NCBI GenBank assembly: GCA_009602735.1
Contig: WELA01003469.1
Span: forward strand, 80,166 to 144,165
Direction of reading: 5' to 3'
DNA length: 64,000 nucleotides
DNA from: Mesotaenium endlicherianum
Lineage: Eukaryota
A program made the position numbers and the translations under genes. Below, in pieces: positions 39,520 to 52,016 of this stretch (within the stretch, counting starts at the first letter, position 1; every line of letters begins with the position of its first letter). The notes beneath the pieces were generated by a model. The model did no database searches and had not been told where the DNA came from. It saw only the letters and a program-made list of their open reading frames with translations.

Positions 39520-40325
39520 TGAAATGAATCGACTTACCAAATAGGCGATTAACAACTAATAAAGATCTTTATATCAGCAAGTAATCTTCATGGAAATTTC
39601 TGTTAACTGGTTAAACGGCAAAGGACAACACACTAGCAGTAAATAATACTCGTAAGTCAAATGCGAGTAAACTAGCATCAATAATGCAAATCAGTAAACT
39701 CATACATAAGCAAGATTAGAAGACACTGCATATCAATGGCTTCTCGCCTTGGATTCAGATCGCTCTCAGTAAGCTGTACAAGAGAGTTGGCCTCGTTTCC
39801 GAATACCGAACTCGAGAGCAATGCCTAGCATATGTACATGGAATGAGTTTACTGTTCAACGGTCAGTGCGATGGCACCGCCTACCCGGGAGTTAACCACG
39901 TTGGTAGGACCTCGGTTAACCAAATCCACCGCCATCTCCCATCATCCCGAATAGCCATCCATCATAGGGATGTCATCTGGCCATTCATCTAGCATACCAC
40001 ACTTAAGATGCATATCGAGGCAGTTCGCTGCTACCGAGTACGGAAGTCAGCTGGCTGTCAAAGAATGTGTCAGCAAGCTGACTTAAGGTGACCTCAGCCT
40101 GCTACTTCGGGCCGAGTCATTAACTGATATTAAATATAAAGTCCAGCAGACTGATCATTAACTAGAGTTCAGCAGGCTAAACTTATATAACTATATTATT
40201 TAAATGAATATTATGTCAACCAATATACTGATTCATTACAATCCCTCCAACTTATCATGTTGTCGCCTCGACAATACTAACACAAATAACAGCGTGCTGT
40301 CCCTTCCGTCCCCATCCTGCTGCTA

Positions 40326-41987
40326 TTAGGAGGGAGATGTCCCTGAGGTTCTATACTCAGGGGAGCCAGACCTCCTCCTGTCTTGGGGTCTTTTGAAGCC
40401 TGTCAGAGAGGGAGGTTCCGTGTAAGGACCCCGCGGAGAACACAGTAACTGGGCTGTTTCCTCCTGCACAGTCTGGAGGGAGGCAGCCTTCTCCTGGGCA
40501 GCCCTCAAACTGACAGGTACGTATACCGGCATCCCAGAAGGATGTTGCATGACATGAGCCAAGGGTACATGCCCTTTCTGCGAGGGAGATGCTGGCAGGC
40601 CTCTGGCTATCTCCCGAGCAGCCCTCCTGTCTGCCCTGTCTGACTGGGTCTCCTTGCCTGGAGATGGGGTCTGTCCTCTGGCAGTCCCCAGCCAAGTGAT
40701 ATCCTCCTCTTCAGCGAGTTGCTGCATGGCCAACCCCGTCTTCTCCCTTATAGGGGATGTGGCAGGCGTCAGGATCACGGCGGGGCTAGTGTCCTCCTCC
40801 TCGCCTTCCTCCTCGTCTTCCTCTGACTCCTCCTCCTCTCCGTCCCCGGGTTCCTCTGAGACTTCTGGGGTCTCTTTTGTCAGCTGCTCCAGCTCTTCCC
40901 GAGAAAAAGAATATCCTATTGACCGTCCCCTTTTGGGTGTTGGTGGGGGCTGCTGAGCCCGGACCGCATAGAGGTCCTTTTCCCCCTGCTTACTTGCCCA
41001 TTTGGCATAAGCGTGCTTCCCTTTGGAGAATGACTCTCGGGCCCTGCTTCTGTCCCCCTGCATCTCCTGGCTCATGCAGTCTCTGACTCCATCCAATCTT
41101 GGGTCCCAAGCCGCAATGTGAGGGGGCAATACTATGTTCCCCTTTAGGTCTGTCAGGAAATCCTCATCCGTCGCCCTGTCATTCTGCTGGTCCCTCATGT
41201 TGATGGTCATCCACCGCCAATCGGTGGGCTTTTGGAAGAAGGCAGGGTCTGTCCTTTTAAGAGTACAAGGGTACCAGTGCCCTGCAAAGTCCAGCTGACT
41301 GGTTTCCCTGGCCACGAATTCCCAGCTCCTCCTCTCCACCTCGTTGTACATGGCCTTGAACCTGTTATGGGGTGTTGAGTCCTTGAAGCTGTCCGCGTCC
41401 ATGGGGATCATCCTGATGACCCTATCTGCCCCCCAGATACCAGGAATCGAGACAGCTCCTGCTTCGTTTACCTGGGCCATTGCCTTGGCCTATCCGATCG
41501 TATATCCTACCATCCTGGCGTAATCGTGGTAGAGGAGGAGCCCTGTGTTGACCTCGATATACTTGTCAAAGTTTTTGGATGTCTCCCCTTCCTTTTGGAG
41601 GATTTCCTTCTGCGACTCACTGCGACTTCTCAGGGCATACTTGAAGGCCTCCTCCAGTAGATCAAAGCCCTTGCCCAGCACTGTGTAGCGATAGCTGCTG
41701 ACTCTCCTCTGTTCTTCTTCTTCAGCCTGCTGCTTCCGCTTCTCCTCAGCTTGCCTCTTCTCCTCTGCTTTCTTGGCCTCCTCTGCAACTTTTTTGTCCA
41801 TTTCTTCCTGCCTCAGTCTGGCCTGTTCCTCCTCCTCCTTCTTCTTCTGTGCCTCCCGCTGTTGTTGGAGTCGATCTGATTCTCGAGCGGTGATGGAAGA
41901 TGATTCAATGTCTCCACGGAATTGCAAGTATTCTGCATGTGCCTCTTCCGCCCTTCTCTTTCTCTTGAGTTCCGACTTTTGAGTCAT
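40326..41987 (-). CDS. ORF3b: divergent variant of the extra gene (~550 aa; one in-frame TAG at 41490-41492)
   Basis: ORFs 41490-41996 and 40326-41480 are in frame; shares YNEVERRSWE, HW.PC.L, PTDWRWMT, LPPHIA.WDPRL, FSKGKH, GHVPLA and QHP.GMPVYV with ORF3a. Confidence 0.85.
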
Positions 41988-41988
41988 C

Positions 41989-42096
41989 CTGCTCAATCAT
42001 AAACACAATGCAGTTAGTGAAGTCATGATATTTTGCCGCTACTGAGTGCCCTTGATGAAGAGGGACGCGATCGGGAGAGTTCCTAGAGTGGCATAC
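41989..42096 (-). promoter_or_regulatory. Predicted 108-nt 5'-UTR intron of ORF3b
   Basis: CAG|GTATGC donor, CACTAAC branch point at 42019-42013, AGCAG| acceptor 1 nt before ATG 41987. Confidence 0.7.
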
Positions 42097-42304
42097 CTGG
42101 TGTGAGCGAATATAAGGATAAATTGAGTTGGAGAGCAAGTGAGTGTGAGCGCACGTTGAGTGTGTAATATGGTGATCGAAGACTACCACTCCCTCCAACT
42201 TAAGGTGGGCTGCCTGTCACAACGGTCACTAACTGTCACATCCCCCTCCAACTTATATGGAGACAGGACCTCCTCTCACCTTCCCGTGTCAACTGAAATG
42301 ATTG

Positions 42305-45300
42305 TTAGGGAGGTGCCCCAGCCGCCCGAAGGTGGAACCGTTTCAACGCCCCTTTGGCATTGGTCAGCTGATCTTTAAATTCCCAAGTGTCCCCAGAGGC
42401 ATAGTAACCCTTCCATCGAATGAGGTACTTCATGACATATTTAGACGATCGACGGACCGAGTGAGCGTCTAAAATCTCATCGACCTCATATTCCTCAGGG
42501 TCGCCGTCCCAGACAGCGGGGACCGGTCCCGGTTGGACAGGTAACCGACATGTGAACAGTGTATCACCTTTGATGTATGGTTCCAGGAAGGAGACATTAA
42601 AGACCGGGTGACCCTTGTATTCGGCTGACATGTTCAGTTTGTAAGCATTTTGACCGCTACGACGTACCACCGAATATGGACCGACCCAGACAGGGCCAAG
42701 CTTTTTCTTGACCACACCAGGGAGGTACAGGTGCTCAGAATGCAATTTGACTAAATCCCCCTTGGAAAATGTCAGTTCACGACGGTGTTGATTAGCGTAT
42801 TTTTGTTGGTTATCTTGGGCCTTGTGCAAGTTTCGTTGGACTTCTGACAGGGTGTCAGCAAACTCCTGAGTTAACTGGAGGGAGACCCGATTGTCAATCC
42901 CTTCAGGGTGAGTTAAAGACTCTCCTAGAACATCTAGAGGGGACTTAGGGACCCTACCCAGGTTGAGTTCAAAAGGAGTCTTGCCCGTTGACGCGTGCAC
43001 CGCACTGTTGACCGCAAACTGAATTTGAGGCAACAGGTCATCCCAATTATCTTGTTTTTGGTTAATATATGCTCTCAGCACCTCCTGCGAAACTGGGTTA
43101 GTTCTTTCAGTCTGCCCATCAGTCTGAGGGTGGTTTGTTGTGTTGAGCATCTGTTTGACTCCCATTAACCCCATTAAAGCTCTCCCAAACTTAGAGGTGA
43201 ATTTTGAGTCTCTGTCTGAGATGATATTAGGAGGGAGCCCGTGTTGGCATACTACATGGTTGTAAAACTGTCTCGCTGTTTCAAGGGCAGTCACTTTGAC
43301 AGTTGTGGGGATAAAAATGACCATTTTTGTCAGTTTATCCACGACTACCAGTATTGAATCATGCCCGTTGGCAGTTCTTGGTAGTGAGACCACCCAGTCC
43401 ATGGATATAGTTTCCCAGCGTCCCGCTGGGATGGGTAGCGGTTGCAAGAGACCTCCGGGTGGTGTGTGCCGAGACTTATTTCTCTGACACTGGTCACAGG
43501 ACTTGACATATTTCAAGACCTCCCGGGGTAACCCCTCCCAATGATAATGTTTTGCCAGTTTGCCAACAGTTTTGGCCTGCCCCAAATGTCCACCCAGGAG
43601 ACTGTCATGAGCTTGACTCAGTAAGAGAGACCTTATTTCCAAGTTATTAGGAATGACCAGCTTCAGCCTGCCTGAAGTGGTTTCAGTCACCCAGACCCCT
43701 CCCTTGAGCTTATACCCGAGTGCAGTAGCACGACACACACCAGTAGTGGGGCTGGGCTCAAATGTTGGGTCAGAAAGGTAGGCTTTCCTAAGTTGTTCAA
43801 GGAAGGACTTTTTCACCTTTAGTGAAGTGAGTGCACACAGGACTTTATCTACAGTATGCTGACTAAAGTTCCTTTCTTGCAAGTCAGGTCTTCTAGAGAG
43901 TGCATCAGCAGGATTCAACTTCCCTGGTTTGTAGTCGATCTGGACTTGGAACTGCTCCAGCATCTGGCTCCAGCGGTTCTCCCTCCTCGACAGCTTGGAC
44001 TTCTTCTGAAAGTGGGTCAGAGCTAGATGATCTGTAATCACCTTAAAAGCTTTACCATGTAAGTATGCTCTCCACTGTTTGAGTACATGAATGATAGCTA
44101 GCAGCTCTTTATCATGCACTGAGTAATTAATCTCCGCTGGATTAAATTTCATAGACTCATACAACACAGGATGCCACTCCTGCCGTACCTTACCATCCTT
44201 TGTGGTTTTGTCAGCAGGCTGCAACAAAATAGCACCCATGGCAAAGTCAGAGGCATCAGTAACCACCTGCACCGGTTTGCTGGGGTCATACACGGCTAGC
44301 ACTGGGGCAGAACAAAGGGCATCTTTAAGGGTCTGGAAGGCAGCCTGCTGCTCTTCCCCCCACACATACCCGATGTCTTTCTTAGTAAGGTCAGTCAGTT
44401 TACTGGCCTTTGTGGAATAATTCTCAATAAATCTCCTATAGTAGTTAGCCAACCCGAGGAAGGATCTAACTTCAGAGACAGACTGTGGGACTGGCCAGTC
44501 CCTTATGGTCTGGACTTTCTTAGGATCCACGCTGATGCCCTCTTTACTGACAACGTGGCCTAAGAATTCAATACTTTCCTTAAAGAAATCACACTTGCTC
44601 ATTTTAGCATACAAGTGATTTTTCCGCAGAGTGTCGAGCACTTTCTTTAAGTGTTCAGTGAACTGAGCTTCATCTTTAGAGAAAATTAAAATATCATCCT
44701 GGAAAACTTGCACAAACTTGTCCAAATAAGGTCTGAAAATGTCATTCATAGCACCCATAAAGGTAGCAGGAGCATTAGTGAGTCCAAATGGCATCACGTT
44801 GAACTCATAGTGTCCATAACGTGTGCGGAAAGCAGTCTTGTGTTCATCCCCCTCAGCAATTCTGATTTGATGATAACCACTCTTGAGATCTATCTTACTG
44901 AACACCTTAGCGCCAGACAGGGTATCAAGCAAGTCCTCGATTCTGGGTAAAGCATACTTGTTCTTTACTGTAATTCTGTTCAGGGCTCTGTAATCCACAC
45001 ACATCCGCATACTGCCATCCTTTTTCTTAACAAATAGGATAGGTGCGCCGTACGGTGATTTACTGGGAGAAATGTAACCATTTTCCTCCAGCTCTGCAAT
45101 CTGTGTTTTCAACTCCTCACTCTCCAAATAAGACAAGCCATACGTGCGTTGCCAGGGTGGCTGGCTACCAGGTAATAAATCAATCCTATGATCTACTTCC
45201 CGCTTAGGGGGTAGTCCTGGAGGCATATTAAACACATCCGTGTACTGAGCAACAATGTTTGCAGCAGTAGGGTGTTCCGGAGGGTGTACCATTCTCTCAA

Positions 45301-46114
45301 CCACTTCTTCAGGTTGAGGAGGTACCTCCCTTAGCAGCAGACAGAACATTCTGTCTTCCTTCTGGTTCCAGCTTTTGACGAACTCCATTGCATTCAGCAA
45401 CTTGCATCCTTCTGGAAGCCTCTTCTTTTCCTTCATTTGCCATCCACACAGGACAAGAGGAAGAGCACTGGTGGGTGCCAAGTCAGTCTGCCCATCACTG
45501 GCTCCTCTCACTTTAACTGTACCTCTGCTCCAACACACTTCAGCTTGATGTCTATTAAGCCAGGACCTGCCTAGCACGAGATCATAAAAGCCAGTGTTGA
45601 GTACCTCAAATGTAAGCGTTTCAGTTAGAACTGCAATGCCAGAACCTAACTGGACCTCAATAGGCTTGGTTATAACTCCTCCCGGGATACTTGAGGCATC
45701 TCCAAGGAATATTTTTCTATTCCCTTGGGTGACAGTAGGCAGCCTTAGCCGCTTAACTAAGTCCTTGTGAATAAAAGTATGTGACGCCCCTCCGTCAACA
45801 AATGCCCTCACCTTCCTACCTGCAATCATGCAATGCAGTAGGATAGGAGGGACTGTCTTTTCCTAACTTTCGCATTGTTCTCCTGACGTAGCAAAGAAAT
45901 GTTAGACATCAGGTGGAACAAGAGCATCCAGAGTGTGCACTCTCTGGACGTCTATATTACTGATGGTCTCCTTTATCTGTTTGTCAGGCATGCATAGTGA
46001 ATCCAGTTCAGCAGGACCCATAATACCTGCTACGAGGGCAGCTAGTGACGACTCACTATCTCTAGCATCCTCACAGTCAGTAGACTGGATTACTGACTGT
46101 TGCTGTCTTTTAAA
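42305..46114 (-). pseudogene. pol: pol (PR-RT-RH-INT-chromodomain), nearly intact
   Basis: 1174-aa ORF; one TAG near 45864 upstream of the protease; slippery heptamer at 46114-46108. Confidence 0.95.
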
Positions 46115-47075
46115 GGCTGGTCTTTTCTCTCGACCTTAGGCAGGTGCTTGACCGGACACTGTTCTCTGTAGTGGCCTTTCTGCTGACAATGGTAGCAAGT
46201 AGATTTTGCTGAGGCTGGTCTCGGCTTAGTCCTACCACCACCCCTTCCATAGCCACCTCGAGAGGGACCACCTCTACCTCTAGACTGAATAGCATTGTAC
46301 TCATACTCATATTCATCACCCTGATTATTCTCAGCCTGGTCTCCTTCAACTGTATTGTAGGAATTGTGGGGCTTTTTGACAATCCTAGACACCAAAGCGT
46401 TACTCTGGCGCTTGTGATTGAACTGCTGCTGATCCCAGGCGTCAGCATCCTGGATCAAGTCAGNNNNNNNNNNNNNNNNNNNNNNNNNNNNNNNNNNNNN
46501 NNNNNNNNNNNNNNNNNNNNNNNNNNNNNNNNNNNNNNNNNNNNNNNNNNNNNNNNNNNNNNNNNNNNNNNNNNNNNNNNNNNNNNNNNNNNNNNNNNNN
46601 NNNNNNNNNNNNNNNNNNNNNNNNNNNNNNNNNNNNNNNNNNNNNNNNNNNNNNNNNNNNNNNNNNNNNNNNNNNNNNNNNNNNNNNNNNNNNNNNNNNN
46701 NNNNNNNNNNNNNNNNNNNNNNNNNNNNNNNNNNNNNNNNNNNNNNNNNNNNNNNNNNNNNNNNNNNNNNNNNNNNNNNNNNNNNNNNNNNNNNNNNNNN
46801 NNNNNNNNNNNNNNNNNNNNNNNNNNNNNNNNNNNNNNNNNNNNNNNNNNNNNNNNNNNNNNNNNNNNNNNNNNNNNNNNNNNNNNNNNNNNNNNNNNNN
46901 NNNNNNNNNNNNNNNNNNNNNNNNNNNNNNNNNNNNNNNNNNNNNNNNNNNNNNNNNNNNNNNNNNNNNNNNNNNNNNNNNNNGCTAATTGGCTTTCCGC
47001 CTGGTTTTCGACATTCTCGTTATCCTGGTTCTCCATGTCTCGGGAGTTGCTAGTTTGAGACCTTGTCCTTACCAT
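46090..47075 (-). CDS. gag: gag, mostly in an assembly gap
   Basis: MVRTRSQ start and CCHC end flank an N run. Confidence 0.85.
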
Positions 47076-47862
47076 ACAAAGAAGACTNNNNNNNNNNNNN
47101 NNNNNNNNNNNNNNNNNNNNNNNNNNNNNNNNNNNNNNNNNNNNNNNNNNNNNNNNNNNNNNNNNNNNNNNNNNNNNNNNNNNNNNNNNNNNNNNNNNNN
47201 NNNNNNNNNNNNNNNNNNNNNNNNNNNNNCCAGCAGGGAATATTACTCGTAAGTCAAATGCGCGTAAACTAGCATCAATAATGCAAATCAGTAAACTCAG
47301 ACATAAGCAAGGTTAGAAGACAGTGCGTATCAATGGCTTCTCGCCTTGGATTCAGAGTTCTCTCAGTAAGTTGTATAAGAGAGTTGGCCTCGTTTCCGAA
47401 TGCCGAACTCGAGAGCAATGCCTAGCATATGTACATGGAATGAGTTTACTGTTCAACGGTCAGTGCGATGGCACCGCCTACCCGGGAGTTAACCACGTTC
47501 GTAGGACCTCGGTTAACCAAATCCACCGCCATCTCCCATCATCCCGAATCGCCATCTATCGTAGGGATGTCATCTGGCCATTCATCTAGCATACCACACT
47601 TAGATGCATATCGAGGCAGTTCGCTGCTACCGAGTACGGAAGTCAGCTGGCTGTCAAAGAATGGGTCAGCAAGCCGACTTATATGGACTTTAGCCTGCTG
47701 CTTCCGGCTGAGTCATTAAACTGATAGTATGTAAAGTCCAGCAGACTGACTATTAACTAAAGTCCAACAAGTTGGCTACTAACTAAAGTTCAGCAGGCTG
47801 AATTTAATTATCTATTTATATTTAAATGAATATCATATCCACTAATATACTGATTCATTATA

Positions 47863-50800
47863 GTACCTTACCATCCTTTGTGGTTTTGTCAGCAGGCTGC
47901 AACAAAATAGCACCCATGGCAAAGTCAGAGGCATCAGTAACCACCTGCACCGGTTTGCTGGGGTCATACACGGCTAACACTCGGGCAAAATAAAGGGCAT
48001 CTTTAAGGGTCCGGAAGGCAGCCTGCTGCTCTTCCCCCCACACATACCCTATGTCTTTCTTAGTAAGGTCAGTCAGTTTACTGGCCTTTGTGGAATAATT
48101 CTCAATAAATCTCCTATAGTAGTTAGTCAACCCGAGGAAGGATCTAACTTCAGAGACAGACTGTGGTACTGGCCAGTCCCTTATGGTCTGGACTTTCTTA
48201 GGATCCACGCTGATGCCCTCTTTACTGACAACGTGGCCTAAGAATTTAATACTGTCTTTGAAGAAATCACACTTGCTCATTTTAGCATATAACTGATTTG
48301 TTCTTAGAGTGTCGAGGACTGTCTTTAAGTGTTCAGCGTGCTGAGCTTCATCTTTAGAGAAAATTAAAATATCATCCTGGAAAATTTGCACAAACTTATC
48401 CAAATAAGGTCTGAAAATGTCATTCATAGCACCCATGAAGGTGGCAGGACCATTAGTCTGTCCAAATGGCATCACGTTGAACTCATAGTGTCCATATCGT
48501 GTGCGGAAGGCAGTCTTATGTTCATCCCCCTCAGCAATTTTGATTTGATGATAACCACTCTTAAGATCTATCTTACTAAACACCTTAGCACCAGACAGGG
48601 TATCAAGCAAGTCCTCGATCCTGGGTAACGCATACTTGTTCTTTACTGTAATTCTGTTCAGGGCTTTGTAATCCACACACATCCGCATACTGCCATCCTT
48701 TTTCTTAACAAATAGGATGGGTGCGCCGTAAGGTGATTTACTGGGAGAAATATAACCATTTTCCTCAAGCTCTGCAATCTGTGTTTTCAACTCCTCGCTC
48801 TCCACATAAGACAAGCCATACGTGCGTTGCCAAGGTGGCTGACTCCCGGGTAATAAATCAATGCTATGATCTACTTCCCTCTTAGGGGGTAGTTCTGGAG
48901 GCATATTAAATACATCCGTGTACTGAGCAACAATTTTGCAGCAGTAGGGTGCTCCGTAGGGCTTACCTTTTTCTCCACCACTTCTTCAGGTTGAGGAGGT
49001 ACCTCTCTTAGCAGCAGACAGAACATTCTGTCTTCCTTATGGTTCCAGCTTTTGACGTACTCCTTGCTTTCAGAAACTTGCATCCTTCTGGAAGCCTCTT
49101 CTTTTCCTTCATTTGCCATCCACACAGGACAAGAGGAAGAGCACTGGTGGGTGCCAAGTCAGTCTGCCCATCACTGGCTCCTCTCACTTTAACTGTACCT
49201 CTGCTCCAACACACTTCAGCTTGATGTCTATTAAGCCAAGACCTGCCTAGCACAAGATCATAAGAGCCAGTGTTGAGTACCTCAAATGTAAGCGTTTCAA
49301 CTAGAACTGCAATGCCAGAACCTAACTGGACCTCAATAGGCTTGGTTATAACTCCTCCCGGGATACTTGAGGCATCTCCAAGGAATAATTTTCTATTCCC
49401 TTGGGTGACAGTAGGCAGCCTTAGCCGCTTAACTAAGTCCTTGTGGATAAAAGTATGTGACGCCCCTCCGTCAACAAATGCCCTCACCTCCCTACCTGCA
49501 ATCATGCAATGCAGTAGGATAGGGGGGCTTGTCTTTTCCTGACTTTCGCATTGTTCTCCTGATATAGCAAAGAAATGGTGGACATCAGGTGGAACAAGAG
49601 CATCCAGAGTGTGCACTCTCTGACGTCTATATTGCTGATGGTCTCCTTTATCTGGTCGTCAGGCATGCATAGTGAATCCCGTTCAGCAGGACCCATAATA
49701 CTTGCTACGAGGGCAGCTAGTGACGACTCACTATCTCTAGCATCCTCACAGTCAGTAGACTGGATTACCAACTGTTGCTGTCTTTTAAGGGCTGGNGGGC
49801 AGGTCTTTTCTCTCGACTTTTGGGAGGTGGTTGTCTGGACACGGCTCTCTGAAGTGACCTGGCTGCTGGCAATAGAAGCAAAACGATTTTGCTGAGGCTG
49901 GTCTCGGCTTAGTCCTACCACCACCCCTTCCATAGCCACCTCGAGAGGAACCACCTCTACCTCTAGACTGAATAGCATTGTACTCATACTCATATTTATC
50001 ACCCTGATTATCCTCAGCCTGGTCTCCTTCAATTGCATTGTAGGAACCAAGGGCTTTTTGACAATCTTAGATACCAAAGCGTGACTCTGACGCTTGTGAT
50101 TGAACTGTTGCTGATTCCAGGCGTCAGCATCCTGGATCAAGTCAGCCAGTTTCTCATACTTTTTCTCAGCAAAATGACCAGAGACCTCGGATTTCAAGCC
50201 ATACCTGAAGTATGCTATCCTATACCGTTCTGGCAAATCTGGCTGCTTCATCATGTTCTCTTGGAACTTTTGAGCAAACTCAGCAACTGAAGTGGTCTGC
50301 TTCAGTGTCAGGGAGATCATCGCATAGATAGCTTTCTCCTGCTGGTTGATGACATCAAACTTCTCATGCAACTTCTCGACAAACTCTACCCACGTAGGGT
50401 CACCGAGTTGCCGAGCCTTACGCTCTCCCTTCCAGTAAAGCCACCAGTCTGCGGCACTGCCTTTCAGTAGCGCACCGGTGTGCCTGACCTTCTCGTAATC
50501 TTGCAGTTCTGGGTAGTTCTCCAGCCACTGCTCAACATCCGCGAGAAATTTGATCAGGTAATATTCTTTGTTACCCTCCGGATCATATTCCTGGGGAGGT
50601 TTCGGCTTGGGCTTACTAGGCCCTCGGTTACCACCACTAGTGGTTTGAGACCCCAGTTGGTCTCTGTCCCGTAGCAGGGACATTATGATTCTTTTGTCCT
50701 CCTGTTGGGACTGATACATGGTCGCCATTTGCGACTGCATTTGAATGAAGAATGCTCCCAAATCTACACTCTGGGGTGGTAGTCTAACAAATGCAGCAGC

Positions 50801-51250
50801 AGCATTGGCATCTATTCGCTGAGTAGAGTCCTCAACAATCCCTCTCGCTCCTGCAGCAGCAATTCTTGCCGCATTCAGCCGGTCACGTATTTGACCTAGG
50901 GGTACATTGAGTTGTACAGCAGGAGGTGGGTTCAGAACATTGGCCCTTGATGCCATAAGTTCTTCAACAGTGCGCTCGTCAGCTGGCTGTCCTTCCCTCC
51001 TTACTGTATCTTTAGCGGCCTTTGCTACTTGTTCAGCTTCTAATCTGGCTCTCTCCTCCTCAGCTTGCTGTGCTGCGACTGCGGCAATAGCAGCTGCCTC
51101 ATCTGCAGCCTCCCTAGCTGCAGTTGCTGCGACTGCTTCAGAATAGGTACGATTTCCCGCTACATGGCTTTCCGCCTGGTTTTCGACATTCTCGTTATCC
51201 TGGTTCTCCATGTCTCGGGAGTTGCTAGTTTGAGACCTTGTCCTTACCAC
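47863..51250 (-). pseudogene. gag plus 5' pol (PR, RT, start of RNase H) of the outer copy, cut by the inner LTR
   Basis: ORFs 49502-51250, 49008-49616, 47858-48904; frameshifts; GTG replaces the start ATG; PBS at 51272-51283. Confidence 0.92.
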
Positions 51251-52016
51251 ACAAAGAAGACAGTGATAACTGCTCCGATACCACTGAAATGAATCGACTT
51301 ACCAAATAGGCGATTGACAATTAATAAAGATCTTTATATCAGCAAGTAATCTTATGGTATTTCCGTTAACTAGTTAAACGGCAAAGGACAATACACCAGC
51401 AGAGAATATTACTCGTAAGTCAAATGCGAGTAAACTAGCATCAATAATGCAAATCAGTAAACTCATACATAAGCAAGGTTAGAAGACATTGCATATCAAT
51501 GGCTTCTCGCCTTGGATTCAGATCGCTCTCAGTAAGCTGTACAAGAGAGTTGCCCTCGTTTCCGAATGCCGAACTCGAGAGCAATGCCTAGCATATGTAC
51601 ATGGAATGAGTTTACTGTTCAACGGTCAGTGCGATGGCACCGCCTACCCGGGAGTTAACCACGTTGGTAGGACCTCGGTTAACCAAATCCACCGCCATCT
51701 CCCATCATCCCGAATAGCCATCCATCATAGGGATGTCATCTGGCCATTCATCTAGCATATCGCACTTAGATGCATATCAAGGCAGTTCGCTGCTACCGAG
51801 TACGGAAGTCAGCTGGCTGTCAAAGAATGTGTCAGCAAGCTGACTTAAGGTGACCTCAGCCTGCTACTTTCGGCCGAGTCATTAAACTGATAATTANAAC
51901 TGATATTAAATATAAAGTCCAGCAGAATGCTCATTAACTAGAGTTCAGCAGGCTAAACTTATATAACTATATTATTTAAATGAATATTATGTCAATGAAT
52001 ATACTGATTCATTACA

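Larger units (their letters stand above)
39520..52016 (-). mobile_element. Composite three-LTR family A element (LTR-gag-partial pol-LTR-gag-pol-ORF3b-LTR)
   Basis: LTRs at 39520-40240, ~47230-47862 and 51285-52016; single TSD ACAAT at 39515-39519 and 52017-52021; two N gaps inside. Confidence 0.88.

Noticed and set aside
46366..47272. ORFs spanning N runs
   Set aside because: Gap artefacts; the estimated gap is shorter than the missing gag sequence.
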